Source of the DNA: a virus
Lineage: Duplodnaviria; Caudoviricetes
Reading direction: 5' to 3' (one strand)
Virus record (IMG/VR): IMGVR_UViG_3300037483_000295
Location: 1 to 44,406 of that record
DNA length: 44,406 bases
The notes below the pieces were generated by a model. The model made no database searches and was not told the DNA's origin. It saw only the letters and a program-made list of their open reading frames with translations. Within the stretch, counting starts at the first letter, position 1. Each line of letters opens with the position of its first letter. Made by a program: the position numbers and the translations under genes. Positions 8,799-17,618 of this stretch are shown here, piece after piece.

Positions 8799-9455
8799 CT
8801 AATCCCCCGAAATGTCTGTCCGCACCTGCAAGGGTGCGCCGCTGAAACGGTCTGTCTCGTTCGCATAGCAAAGCCCGTTGATCGCAGCGATGAACAGGCT
8901 TCCGTACTGCTGCGCCTTCTCGGCGTCCTGGATGTAGATCGCCGCCTCAAGAAGCGTCCCGTACAGGTAGATGCTGGGGTAGTTGGTCAACAGCCAGTTG
9001 GTCGTTGTCGAGGCCGACAGGGCGTCGAACTTCTTCCAATAGGTGAGCTTCCCCGTATAGGTCGCGTCCGGGGTCGGACCCACAACGATGTTGTCGCCCT
9101 CAAGCGTGAACGCCTTGGGCTCGCCCGTCGTGGTCGACATGTATTTGCGCCAGAAGTCGTTCGGCGCCAGGAAGTCGAGAGCCTGCACTGGATCGGTGTC
9201 GATATAGAGCCGCCGCGCCCCCAGGAAGCTTGTTGGCAAAGCCGTGGTCTGTGACGATATGCCTAGGTCAGTTGACTGCTCCATTGCCCGCACCCGGAGG
9301 GCCGGGGACGGATAGGGAGGGCCGGCGCCATAGGCGATGCGCGCTTCCGCAAGCGTGACGAAGTCGTCATCCGGCGTCGTCAGGTCATCCCTGGCAAGCC
9401 AGCCAGCGGACGTGCTGATGGCGTTAAGCAGGCTGGTGCGGTCTGTGATCGCCAT
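8799..9455 (-). CDS. head-to-tail adaptor protein
   Basis: WLARDDLT..FVTLAEARI..LRVRAME..TNWLLTNYPSIYLYGTLLEAA pattern typical of podovirus adaptors. Confidence 0.75.
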   Translation of the reverse strand: MAITDRTSLLNAISTSAGWLARDDLTTPDDDFVTLAEARIAYGAGPPYPSPALRVRAMEQSTDLGISSQTTALPTSFLGARRLYIDTDPVQALDFLAPNDFWRKYMSTTTGEPKAFTLEGDNIVVGPTPDATYTGKLTYWKKFDALSASTTTNWLLTNYPSIYLYGTLLEAAIYIQDAEKAQQYGSLFIAAINGLCYANETDRFSGAPLQVRTDISGD

Positions 9456-10116
9456 TGGCTTTATACCTCGGAACCATCTTCCCCTGGTGCTCTACCGCAT
9501 GAACAGACGGCCCCATGATCTCCTGCCACGGCGCCGCATATTCCATGATCTGCGCCTCCTGAATCCACAGGTCCGCATGCTCGCAATCGCGCGTCTCTTC
9601 AAACGCCGGCACGCCCATCGTGTAGTGAATCAACGAAACCTCATCTGTCGGCTTGTCGTATCCGACAAGATGGTTCCACCGTGGGTCTAGCTTGCCGATG
9701 TTCTTGGTCCATCCAATCGAGTGCAGGTTGTTCGCCATCGCGACATACTCACGGGTCAGGATCGCATTGTCGGGATGAGCGCAGTTGAACAGCATCACCG
9801 CCCCGCGCTCGAATGCCGGATTCGTGTCGCAGACGTGAACAGCCTTGTTCTGGTCCACACCGTTCATGATGTTGTAGATATCGTCGACCACGATCACGTC
9901 CGCATCCATGAACACGGCCCAGCCCTGGAAGTTGCAGAGCCAGGGCACCAAGAACCGCGTCCAGGTGAACGGGGTAAGGCCGGGGCGCTGAAAATCGAGC
10001 TGCTCCGCGATCAACGGGCAGAGCCAGACCGGCCGATGGGCGCGGCGCAGGATAGAGAATTGCGCGACGTTGTAGCTAACCGGCTGCCGCGGATCGAAGC
10101 CGAGAAACACTCTCAC
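9424..10116 (-). CDS. glycosyltransferase, GT-A fold (GT8-like)
   Basis: VFLGFDPR..FTWTRFLVPWL..FMDAD (DxD)..WNHLVG..IHYTMGVP. Confidence 0.8.
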   Translation of the reverse strand: MRVFLGFDPRQPVSYNVAQFSILRRAHRPVWLCPLIAEQLDFQRPGLTPFTWTRFLVPWLCNFQGWAVFMDADVIVVDDIYNIMNGVDQNKAVHVCDTNPAFERGAVMLFNCAHPDNAILTREYVAMANNLHSIGWTKNIGKLDPRWNHLVGYDKPTDEVSLIHYTMGVPAFEETRDCEHADLWIQEAQIMEYAAPWQEIMGPSVHAVEHQGKMVPRYKANGDHRPHQPA

Positions 10117-11068
10117 CGTTGTACTCCTCCATCATGAAATCCAAATCCGCAGGCATCAGATGAGGCCCACACGGAAGACACATCATCCGGGACCACTTGT
10201 CGGCCATCGGGAACGCTTTGGTTGACCGATATGGCGGCAGGGTATGAATCGGGGCAAAGACCGGCCTCGTCTCGACACCCGGCATCTCGCGCTTTGGAAC
10301 GACGTGCATCCATGTTCCCCGGCCTCCTATCTCTGCCACGAGGCGGCCCCAATTCTTCAGCCGGCGCCTCGTGAACTCGCCCCACCGCTCAAGCTGCGCA
10401 CAGCCGACAGCCGCTTGCAGATTGGTCATCCGGTAGTTCAATCCCGCGACAGGGTGCTGCCAGTGTCCTGTCATCCCGTGGCTGCGGTAGAGCCGCACCG
10501 GATCGGGATCGCTGGTCAGGACCACGCCCCCCTCGCCCGTCGTGATCGCCTTGTTCCCATAGAAGGAGAAGCAGGCGTAATCCCCGTGCACCTGATAGGG
10601 CTGGATCGTCTCGGCCGCATCCTCGATCACAACGAGGCCCGGCAAGCACCGCTTCAGGTTCGCTACATCTCCAAGCAGGCCGTACAGATGCACGGCAATG
10701 ACGGCCTTTGTCCGTTCGGTCCGGGCCTGCCTTGCAAGCGCGGCCGAGATAAACATGTTGTTGTCCACATCCACCAGGACCGGCGTGGCCCCGACGTGCT
10801 TCACCACGGCGGCGGTCGCGGCGAATGTCAGGTCAGGAACCAGAACCTCGTCACCAGGGCCGATGCCGGCCGCCAGGAGCGCCAGGTGCAGGGCTGCCGT
10901 ACCGGAAGAGCAGGAGACGGCTGGAAGGTCGTACAGGGCTCCGAAATCGTCTTCAAAGCGGTCCACATAGGGACCAGAGGAAACCCGGCCTGAAGCCAGA
11001 GCGTCTTGCAGATAGTCTGCTTCGTTGCCGGTCAGATCGGGCCGGGCTAGCGGGACAAGTGCCGCCAC
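10076..11068 (-). CDS. DegT/DnrJ/EryC1/StrS PLP-dependent sugar aminotransferase (perosamine synthase-like)
   Basis: SSGTAALHLAL, VIEDAA, SFYGNKAITTGEGG (Schiff-base Lys), GLNYRMTNLQAAVG. Confidence 0.9.
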   Translation of the reverse strand: MAALVPLARPDLTGNEADYLQDALASGRVSSGPYVDRFEDDFGALYDLPAVSCSSGTAALHLALLAAGIGPGDEVLVPDLTFAATAAVVKHVGATPVLVDVDNNMFISAALARQARTERTKAVIAVHLYGLLGDVANLKRCLPGLVVIEDAAETIQPYQVHGDYACFSFYGNKAITTGEGGVVLTSDPDPVRLYRSHGMTGHWQHPVAGLNYRMTNLQAAVGCAQLERWGEFTRRRLKNWGRLVAEIGGRGTWMHVVPKREMPGVETRPVFAPIHTLPPYRSTKAFPMADKWSRMMCLPCGPHLMPADLDFMMEEYNGESVSRLRSAAAG

Positions 11069-11874
11069 GTCAGCCCCTCGGCCATCTCCGCCGGCTTCCA
11101 TTGCGAATACGCAAGATCGGCAGCCCACTGCGTCCTGTCCGGCTTCGACGGGCTGTCGATCTCCGCCAGATCATGCCCGGCAACCGCCCATGCCATCGAA
11201 CCGCGGTCCAGCGCGAATACGGGGTATCCCTGGATCGCCGCGTCAACGGCCGTGTTGCTGTTGTAGGTCACGACGGCCCAGCAGCCTTCTAGTGCTGCGG
11301 ATAGCGGTCCAACAGAGATTTCGACCCCTCTAACTCCGTAGTCTCGATCTCCAATGAGGGGGTGGGGCCGGAATACGACAGGGCGTCCAGCTCCTCTTTC
11401 AAGGCCTGCAATTGTCGACTTGATCCACCCTCGATGGTCACTACCATCAACGGAGGCATCCCAGGGGAGCTGTCCGCAGACGAGAATATGATCTCCGTTC
11501 CCCTTCCGCGATAAGAGCGGGCGATCAAGCTGTATCCAGCGGTCGCCAGACATTCCTTGATTGCGGAAATCAGCCCGTCCGTTAAGGCCATCGAATCCTG
11601 CGGCGTAGTAGTCTTCTGGTCCGTCGCCTCGCCTGACATAGCCTGTCTCCAAGATGATGGTTCGCCCGACCCGCTGCTGCTTGCGGATAACCGCACCGCG
11701 CGGCCAGGACAGGGGAACCTGTGATTTGTAGACCCCGAACACGACCGCAATATCGGCAGGTTTGTAAACCGCCACCGGTCCAATCGACTTGCTCTCGGGA
11801 CAGCCTTCATAAAAGGCCGTCAGCACTCGATCATGTACGGGATTGCCGCTCAGGTAGACTCTGACACTGACCAC
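11047..11874 (-). CDS. capsule-polysaccharide-synthesis-like glycosyltransferase (KpsC/KpsS, GT107-like)
   Basis: QLPWD (QxxxD), FRPHP and VVTYNSNTAVDAAIQGYPV motifs. Confidence 0.65.
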   Translation of the reverse strand: MVSVRVYLSGNPVHDRVLTAFYEGCPESKSIGPVAVYKPADIAVVFGVYKSQVPLSWPRGAVIRKQQRVGRTIILETGYVRRGDGPEDYYAAGFDGLNGRADFRNQGMSGDRWIQLDRPLLSRKGNGDHILVCGQLPWDASVDGSDHRGWIKSTIAGLERGAGRPVVFRPHPLIGDRDYGVRGVEISVGPLSAALEGCWAVVTYNSNTAVDAAIQGYPVFALDRGSMAWAVAGHDLAEIDSPSKPDRTQWAADLAYSQWKPAEMAEGLTWRHLSR

Positions 11875-12023
11875 GGCTCTCCCTCATACCCCAAAACAAG
11901 CGGCTGCTCCCCCTTGCCGTCGCACTTAGGGCATCTCATCCCCTGGATTTCCCCGGTCCCCTCGCAATGCCGGCAAGGGACAAAATCCACATAAAGCGGC
12001 CTCAGCTTACGAACGGGCGGCAT
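11850..12023 (-). CDS. 57-aa CxxCxGxG x2 zinc-finger mini-protein
   Basis: Not in the ORF track. MPPVRKLRPLYVDFVP-CRHCEGTG-EIQGMR-CPKCDGKG-EQPL...; fills the gap between two cassette genes. Confidence 0.65.
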   Translation of the reverse strand: MPPVRKLRPLYVDFVPCRHCEGTGEIQGMRCPKCDGKGEQPLVLGYEGEPWSVSEST

Positions 12024-12613
12024 ACGAACACCAGAAACATACCTGCGGTTCCGACCTTGACATCGCTCTGCTTGTCCTCCTGCGACCCCCGGTAGATCAC
12101 ATCGAAACCTGCGTCGTTCAACAGGCCCGTGAAATCCTGCGGTGTGTAATGTCGCAGATGCGGGTACTCATCCATGGCGAACTTCTCGGCGATGAACGGG
12201 TACTTCAGCTCGTTGGGAACCGAGCAGACCAGGATACCGCCCGGCCGCAGCGACTCCTTGAAATGCCGCAACGCCTTGGGCGCTTCTGGCAGATGTTCCA
12301 GCGTCTCGAATGACACGATGGTGTTGAACGTCTCCGCGCCCCACGGGCGTTTCAGAATGTCGCCCTTGATCCAGCGGACAATGTTCTCGGTGTCATAGTG
12401 CTGCCGGCCCATCTCGATAGCTGCCGGCGAAATGTCCACCGCCGTCACTTCATGCCCGTCTGTCGCCAGAAGGAAGGAGCCATAGCCGATCCCACAGGCC
12501 GCATCCAGGATCGGACCGTGTTCGCCGTTTGCCCACAGCCGCGCGAACTCATAACGCGCTACGTGATCTCGGCGGATGCCGGACATAACGGAGGAGGTCT
12601 GGCGATCAAGCAT
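12002..12613 (-). CDS. class I SAM-dependent methyltransferase (glycan O-methyltransferase-like)
   Basis: HVARYEFA, ILDAACGIGYGS, VSFETLEHL, LVCSVPN. Confidence 0.85.
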   Translation of the reverse strand: MLDRQTSSVMSGIRRDHVARYEFARLWANGEHGPILDAACGIGYGSFLLATDGHEVTAVDISPAAIEMGRQHYDTENIVRWIKGDILKRPWGAETFNTIVSFETLEHLPEAPKALRHFKESLRPGGILVCSVPNELKYPFIAEKFAMDEYPHLRHYTPQDFTGLLNDAGFDVIYRGSQEDKQSDVKVGTAGMFLVFVCRPFVS

Positions 12614-13373
12614 GGGCCGCCTGCCAGTACGGTTCGTTGCGCTCGTGTACAAGATCGCTCTGCGTCGAACGGTCATCCTTCCTCTTGCCCTTCCGGTGAT
12701 CCATGTAGGCGCCGAGCGCGCTATTCACGAATGGGTGCATCGTCCCGTCCGGCAAGCCCTTCGATAGGTTGACCATCTGGTCCTTTGGCATGCAGTCCTT
12801 GATCGCATCGAAGGCGAAGCAGTCGTGCCAGCCCTTCAACGCGAGGAAGCCGCCGGACAGGAAGACGTTGCGATACGCCTTCATGAAACCACTGGTCAGG
12901 GGATGGTCGGCATTGAAGCCGATGAAGCCCGATTCCGTGTAGTACCAGCCCTCACGGCCGAGATAGCAGCACATCTTGTCATCGGGGAGCATGTCGTCCG
13001 GGAACGTCTCTGGCACGTCACTGTGGGTGAACACGTCCGCGTCGACCCAGAAGACCTTGCCCCCATACCGCTTCACCGCATCGCACTGGATGAACGTCTT
13101 ACGGGCCATGCGGGCGTCATAGTTGATGTTGTAGTTCGGCCCTATCTGCCCGCACATGATGGGAAAGCGCAGCTTGTCGAAGAAGCCCACGAGCCCGTCC
13201 ACCGCAGCGATCGGCCAGCCGGAACAGCGATAGTCCTGTACAGGCGGCTGACCGGCCTCATAGTAGACGACGCATCGGACTGTCTCGGGCCAGCGTTCGG
13301 TGAAGCTCTCCAGGAATGTCCGGCCGTACTGTTCGAAACCGGCGGGGGAGAAGGAGGTTACGACAGTGTGCAT
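12606..13373 (-). CDS. glycosyltransferase, GT-A fold
   Basis: FWVDADV (DxD), YTESGFIGFN, WHDCFAFD, DHRKGKRK. Confidence 0.7.
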   Translation of the reverse strand: MHTVVTSFSPAGFEQYGRTFLESFTERWPETVRCVVYYEAGQPPVQDYRCSGWPIAAVDGLVGFFDKLRFPIMCGQIGPNYNINYDARMARKTFIQCDAVKRYGGKVFWVDADVFTHSDVPETFPDDMLPDDKMCCYLGREGWYYTESGFIGFNADHPLTSGFMKAYRNVFLSGGFLALKGWHDCFAFDAIKDCMPKDQMVNLSKGLPDGTMHPFVNSALGAYMDHRKGKRKDDRSTQSDLVHERNEPYWQAAHA

Positions 13374-13546
13374 CTGCCAAATTTCCTGAAAAGCACTACC
13401 GTACTCACAACTCCGAAAACGCCAATCATCCCGCAAATCGTTGCCGTGATCGGGCCTCCTTGCTCAAAGACAGCCCAAGCTAAAAGCAACATCGTTATCC
13501 CGAGCATGGCCGGACAGATGGCGATCAGCTTAATTTCCGATGGCAT
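13358..13546 (-). CDS. two-TM membrane protein
   Basis: Two hydrophobic segments; overlaps both neighbours in the operon. Confidence 0.55.
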   Translation of the reverse strand: MPSEIKLIAICPAMLGITMLLLAWAVFEQGGPITATICGMIGVFGVVSTVVLFRKFGRCTLS

Positions 13547-14870
13547 GCGCGATCTCCTCGATCAGTGGTTTCCAATCCCCCTTGCTGCGGTAGAGATGAA
13601 TGGGAAACCACGGCATGTCGCCATCGGCCGCCCAATGCCATGTAGGCTGGGGAGGGACCAGCACATGACACGGGACCCCCAGGCCCCCGGCCAGCAGCGC
13701 CGCTGCCGTGGTTACTGAGACGACGCAATCGAGCTGCGAGACGAGCGCTGCCGTGTCGTCATAGTCCTGCGTCTGTGTCGCGTAGGGGAAGAACTGCACC
13801 CCGTGTTCCGGCCCTTCCGTCCCCTTGTACTGCAAGGAGACGAACGTGTTGCCGGTGTCCAGCAGTGGCTTGAGCTGATCCAGCGTCACAGACCGCGTTG
13901 CCGTCCGGGTCTGCCGTGTCCCACCCGTCCAGGCTAGGCCGATCTTCTTGCCCGGCATCTGGTCGAACACGCCGCGCCACATGCTTGCCCGCTGCGGGTC
14001 GGGCTTCAGATATGGCGTCCTGGGGAACTCGCCCTCGGACCGATAGATGCCCGCAAGGCTGCCGATCAAACAGCTATAGTCGTGCGGCTCATGGTCGAGC
14101 CAGGAACGATCCCCAACGTGCCGCGTGCCGTACACATGGCAGCCGAAGCTGCGATGAAACAGGTTCTGCAAACGATGATCGCACTCGATCACAACCTCAT
14201 GGTCCTTCATCAGGTCCGGGATGACCGAGGCGAACATGACCTCATCGCCGATCCCCTGCTCGCCCTGGACCATGACCTTGCCCGGCTGGCCATCCCAATA
14301 GGGCGTGCCATAGTCCTTGATCTTGCGGAACTTCGAGCCGACACCGCACTGATAGTTTTCCCAGCCCTCTTTCCATCTGCGCAGAGCCAGGAAGGGCATT
14401 GAGATATTCTGGCCGTACTCCCGGCGGTCCTGATCGTTCCTGATGGCATTGGCCGCCATCTCGCCCCACTTCATAGCCTCGGCGTGCTTGGCCTGGTTGG
14501 CGTGGATCAGCAGCATGTTGTTGAGGCCGGCGAAGCTCTCGGGGTCTACCTCGACTCCCTTGCGCATGTAGAATTCGGCCTCTTCGAGCTTGCCGATCTC
14601 GATACATGCCTTGCAGAGATAGTTCCAGACCGCCAACTGCTCGGGCACGTCACGCGCCAAAGACTGAAACCAATTATAAGCGAGCCCGAAATTGTCATTC
14701 TCAGTGAAGATTTGACCGATGAGGAAACGTGCGTAAGGGTTTCGCGGATCGGCGTCCAGGACCTTGTTGGCAATCTTGAGGGCTGCGGCATATTCGCGTT
14801 CTGCGATGAGGTCTGCGACTTCGGCGAGGCGCCCTACAATCGGCCCAGCGCCGTTCTCAGGTACCGCCAT
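13530..14870 (-). CDS. TPR + GT-B (GT9-like) protein glycosyltransferase, FlmG/FlbA-like architecture
   Basis: N-terminal TPRs, then WDG..GEQGIGDEVMFAS, KIGLAWTGG, DYDDTAALVSQLDCVVSVTTAAALLAGGLGVP. Confidence 0.8.
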   Translation of the reverse strand: MAVPENGAGPIVGRLAEVADLIAEREYAAALKIANKVLDADPRNPYARFLIGQIFTENDNFGLAYNWFQSLARDVPEQLAVWNYLCKACIEIGKLEEAEFYMRKGVEVDPESFAGLNNMLLIHANQAKHAEAMKWGEMAANAIRNDQDRREYGQNISMPFLALRRWKEGWENYQCGVGSKFRKIKDYGTPYWDGQPGKVMVQGEQGIGDEVMFASVIPDLMKDHEVVIECDHRLQNLFHRSFGCHVYGTRHVGDRSWLDHEPHDYSCLIGSLAGIYRSEGEFPRTPYLKPDPQRASMWRGVFDQMPGKKIGLAWTGGTRQTRTATRSVTLDQLKPLLDTGNTFVSLQYKGTEGPEHGVQFFPYATQTQDYDDTAALVSQLDCVVSVTTAAALLAGGLGVPCHVLVPPQPTWHWAADGDMPWFPIHLYRSKGDWKPLIEEIAHAIGN

Positions 14871-15166
14871 TCCGGGTCGTTCAACAGCCTCTTCACCGCC
14901 GGCCAATGATCCTTGTCGAACACATTGATCCCCTTCTCGTTCATCCACTTCTCGATGATGACGTTGGGGATCGACGCCACGAAGCGCATTTCCCGCGCCT
15001 TCGAAAGCCATCCGTTTACCTCGTGGTTCTGTAGATACTTGTTGAGTTCCAGGATGGGCTCAACGTCCTGCCACGTTTCCAGATATGACGTGTCGGTCAG
15101 ATCGTCATAGTGGAAGTCGGTACGGATGCCGGAGAACGGATCGTAATCGAACAGTCGCTTATCCAT
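14834..15166 (-). CDS. conserved hypothetical protein downstream of MCP
   Basis: QDVEPILELNK..VASIP..LNDPEWRYLRT pattern; positional conservation in podoviruses. Confidence 0.75.
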   Translation of the reverse strand: MDKRLFDYDPFSGIRTDFHYDDLTDTSYLETWQDVEPILELNKYLQNHEVNGWLSKAREMRFVASIPNVIIEKWMNEKGINVFDKDHWPAVKRLLNDPEWRYLRTALGRL

Positions 15167-15184
15167 TCTCCGGCACCCTAGTTA

Positions 15185-16156
15185 TCAGCTCGTGGTCAGG
15201 GTCGTGACCTTGCCGCTCGCCGCTTCATTGCGGGAGACAAGGGTGTACTCAGCGAGCATCTGCCGCTTCTCGGAGTCGCCGGTCTTCGCCAGCGGGAACT
15301 GGGTGAACGGCCGCAGGTACGCGACCTCCCAGTAATCCATGTCGAGAACCAGTGCGACGGAAGTCCGCATGAAGCGGTTGGGCAGGACGCGGTGCTCTCC
15401 GAAGTCGGAGATATACACGTCCGCCGCCGCCACGATGGTCGCCTGTGCCATCCCCTTGTTCTCGCGGTACTGCGTCGCGATGCCCGCGAACGCCGAGAAC
15501 TTGGTCTTCTGGAAGGCGTTGACCATGATGACGCGCGGATCGCCGCCCTGATCCCACACGGCACGGATCACCGCCTTCAGGGCGGCTTCCGTGAACGTGC
15601 CGGCCGTCGAATTATCGGTCGGCGCCGCGACGGTGCCGGAAATGAAGCCCGGCGTGGTCGGCGAGCCGCCCGTACCAAGATCGGTGCGGTTGGTGAACAG
15701 CCAGGACTCGATAGAAGCCGAGGTCCGGGACGTGCCCGTGCCGCCGGCACTCGACGCCTTGTTCTGCGTGAGCTGGCTTTCAATGTCGCGCTTGATCTCC
15801 TTGCCGCGCTTCATGATCTGGTATGCCAGCTCACTCTTGCGGCCCGCCTTCCGGACAGCATCCTGCGTACCGGAAACGCTGATCGCCTTGGTCGCGATCT
15901 GGCAGTAGTTGCCCAGCCGGACGGTCGGCGTGGCAGTCAGGACAGTCGCATCGTCGCCTTCGATTGCGGCATTCGTCGCCACCGCAGTCGCCAGCACGTC
16001 GGTCTGCCATTCATGGAAAACACCGGTCGCCTTTCCGCGGTCGGCATTGGTCATGAACGGGAATTCAGTCGGAGAAATGTTGTAGATCACGTCTTCCAGG
16101 TCATCCAGATTGCCGATGGCAGAATGGGCCTGGAAAGTACCAGCAGGAACGGTCAT
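15185..16156 (-). CDS. major capsid protein (DUF5309/SU10-like)
   Basis: DVIYNISPTEFPF, HEWQTD, RLGNYCQI, KEIKRDIE, YISDFG, LAKTGD; very strong GC3 bias; follows the scaffold gene. Confidence 0.9.
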   Translation of the reverse strand: MTVPAGTFQAHSAIGNLDDLEDVIYNISPTEFPFMTNADRGKATGVFHEWQTDVLATAVATNAAIEGDDATVLTATPTVRLGNYCQIATKAISVSGTQDAVRKAGRKSELAYQIMKRGKEIKRDIESQLTQNKASSAGGTGTSRTSASIESWLFTNRTDLGTGGSPTTPGFISGTVAAPTDNSTAGTFTEAALKAVIRAVWDQGGDPRVIMVNAFQKTKFSAFAGIATQYRENKGMAQATIVAAADVYISDFGEHRVLPNRFMRTSVALVLDMDYWEVAYLRPFTQFPLAKTGDSEKRQMLAEYTLVSRNEAASGKVTTLTTS

Positions 16157-16168
16157 GTCATGTTGCTC

Positions 16169-17137
16169 CTAGAGCAGTCGCTCCACATAGCGGGCGCCGT
16201 CTTTCAGGTTCCCGGTCTTGCGGAACTGTTTTTCCAAGGCAACAACCTTCTCATCCTGGCCCCCCTTCGTCGGGGAACCTGACTTCAGAACCTTCGGAGC
16301 CGGGGGCTTGGCCGTCTTGGCCGCCTTCTGTGCCTTGCGGTACAGGAGGGCGTCTCGGGCTATGGCAAGCATGCCGGCGTCCCGGAGATTGTCGGCCAGC
16401 TTGGCGTCGATCCCGCGTTCCTTCAGGTGCTCGCGCACTTCCTGAAGCTCGGCCTGTCCCTTCGTGCGGTCTTTCCACTCAGGGATAAGCTCGTCGAGTT
16501 TGGATTCCTGCTCTGCAACCCATTTGGCTTCGCGCTGCTGGGCTTCCTGGTTCTGGATAGCCTGTAGGCGCTGCTGCTCCTGGGATGCGGCCGCAACTGC
16601 CTGCTGCTTGGCCTGCCACTGGACGTACCTTGAAGGGTCAGTGGCAGCAAGCTTCTCAAGATCACCAATCGACTTGATGTCCTTGAACTCGCCGGCAATC
16701 TGCTGCTGTAGAGCAGGAATGAGGTTCTGTAGCTGGGTGATGTGTTGCTGCCGCTCATTGACGATCTTGTCCCGCTCCGTCTGGAGCGTCTTGATCGCCT
16801 CGGCATGTTCGTTCGACCGCTTGGATTCCTGGGAACGCAGCTCCCGCTCCCGTTTCAGGACACGTTCCTGCTTCTCGGGAGGAAGGGTCTTGAACCATTC
16901 CTGGTCTTCCGCAGTCCAGCCGTCAGGCGGCGGGAGGGACGGCTCTTCAGCCTCCTCTGCCGGTGGCGGCTCATCCTCTGTGGCTTCCTTTGCAGGGGCC
17001 TCTTCAGTCTCTTCGGCGGGCGCAGCCTCCTCCTCTTCCCGTTTATCCACGGGCGGCGCGTCTTCCACCGTATTGCCTAGCAGCTTCTCGATACCGCCGA
17101 GAAGCGCCTGTTCTGTGGTCTGGTCGTTGTCGCTCAT
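16169..17137 (-). CDS. capsid scaffolding protein
   Basis: Acidic/Pro-rich N-terminus, coiled coil, IPEW motif, basic C-terminus; immediately upstream of MCP. Confidence 0.8.
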   Translation of the reverse strand: MSDNDQTTEQALLGGIEKLLGNTVEDAPPVDKREEEEAAPAEETEEAPAKEATEDEPPPAEEAEEPSLPPPDGWTAEDQEWFKTLPPEKQERVLKRERELRSQESKRSNEHAEAIKTLQTERDKIVNERQQHITQLQNLIPALQQQIAGEFKDIKSIGDLEKLAATDPSRYVQWQAKQQAVAAASQEQQRLQAIQNQEAQQREAKWVAEQESKLDELIPEWKDRTKGQAELQEVREHLKERGIDAKLADNLRDAGMLAIARDALLYRKAQKAAKTAKPPAPKVLKSGSPTKGGQDEKVVALEKQFRKTGNLKDGARYVERLL

Positions 17138-17415
17138 GCAACCTTCCTAGTGCGCTTGCGCTTTTCCTCTTCGGCGAGAATCTGGGCGGCGGCTACCTTG
17201 CCGTCATCCAGGACCGTCTCGAAGAACTGATAGAGCCGCTTCAGATTGCGCACCGCAAACCAGATGCGGTCGCGCTCTTCCTTGTCAGTGCAGTTTTCCC
17301 AGGCGCTCATGAACTCGGCGTTCAAGGTCGCGAAAGCCTCCTGGAATAGGGGCTCCGCCATCATCCTTGCGGCATAGTCGCCGCGCCGTTTCATCTCATC
17401 TAAATCCATCGCCAA
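17134..17415 (-). CDS. conserved small protein upstream of the scaffold
   Basis: Helical, EERDRIW motif; overlapping stop/start. Confidence 0.7.
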   Translation of the reverse strand: MAMDLDEMKRRGDYAARMMAEPLFQEAFATLNAEFMSAWENCTDKEERDRIWFAVRNLKRLYQFFETVLDDGKVAAAQILAEEEKRKRTRKVA

Positions 17416-17618
17416 ACCTTTTTCCAGAGCGGCCAGCAGTGGCTTTCATAGTCCCTGATCCGCACGCGGCGCAGCTCCAGAAGTCCGTCGTACCAGTCCA
17501 GAAACCACATGCCGCCAAACCCACAGCGATGCCACAGCGTCCGACAGCAATCCTCGGCCCGCGTCGGGTAGCCGAGCGGCGTTCGCTTGATGTAGGGCCT
17601 GCAAAGCCTGATCTTCAC
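17400..17618 (-). CDS. hypothetical protein
   Basis: Fills the gap with overlapping start/stop. Confidence 0.45.
   Translation of the reverse strand: MKIRLCRPYIKRTPLGYPTRAEDCCRTLWHRCGFGGMWFLDWYDGLLELRRVRIRDYESHCWPLWKKVWRWI

Noticed and set aside
9424-14870. Glycan cassette as a DNA hypermodification or O-antigen conversion locus
   Set aside because: Disfavoured rather than excluded: late structural location, no base hydroxymethylase/kinase, and no GtrAB-like or polytopic membrane transferase.
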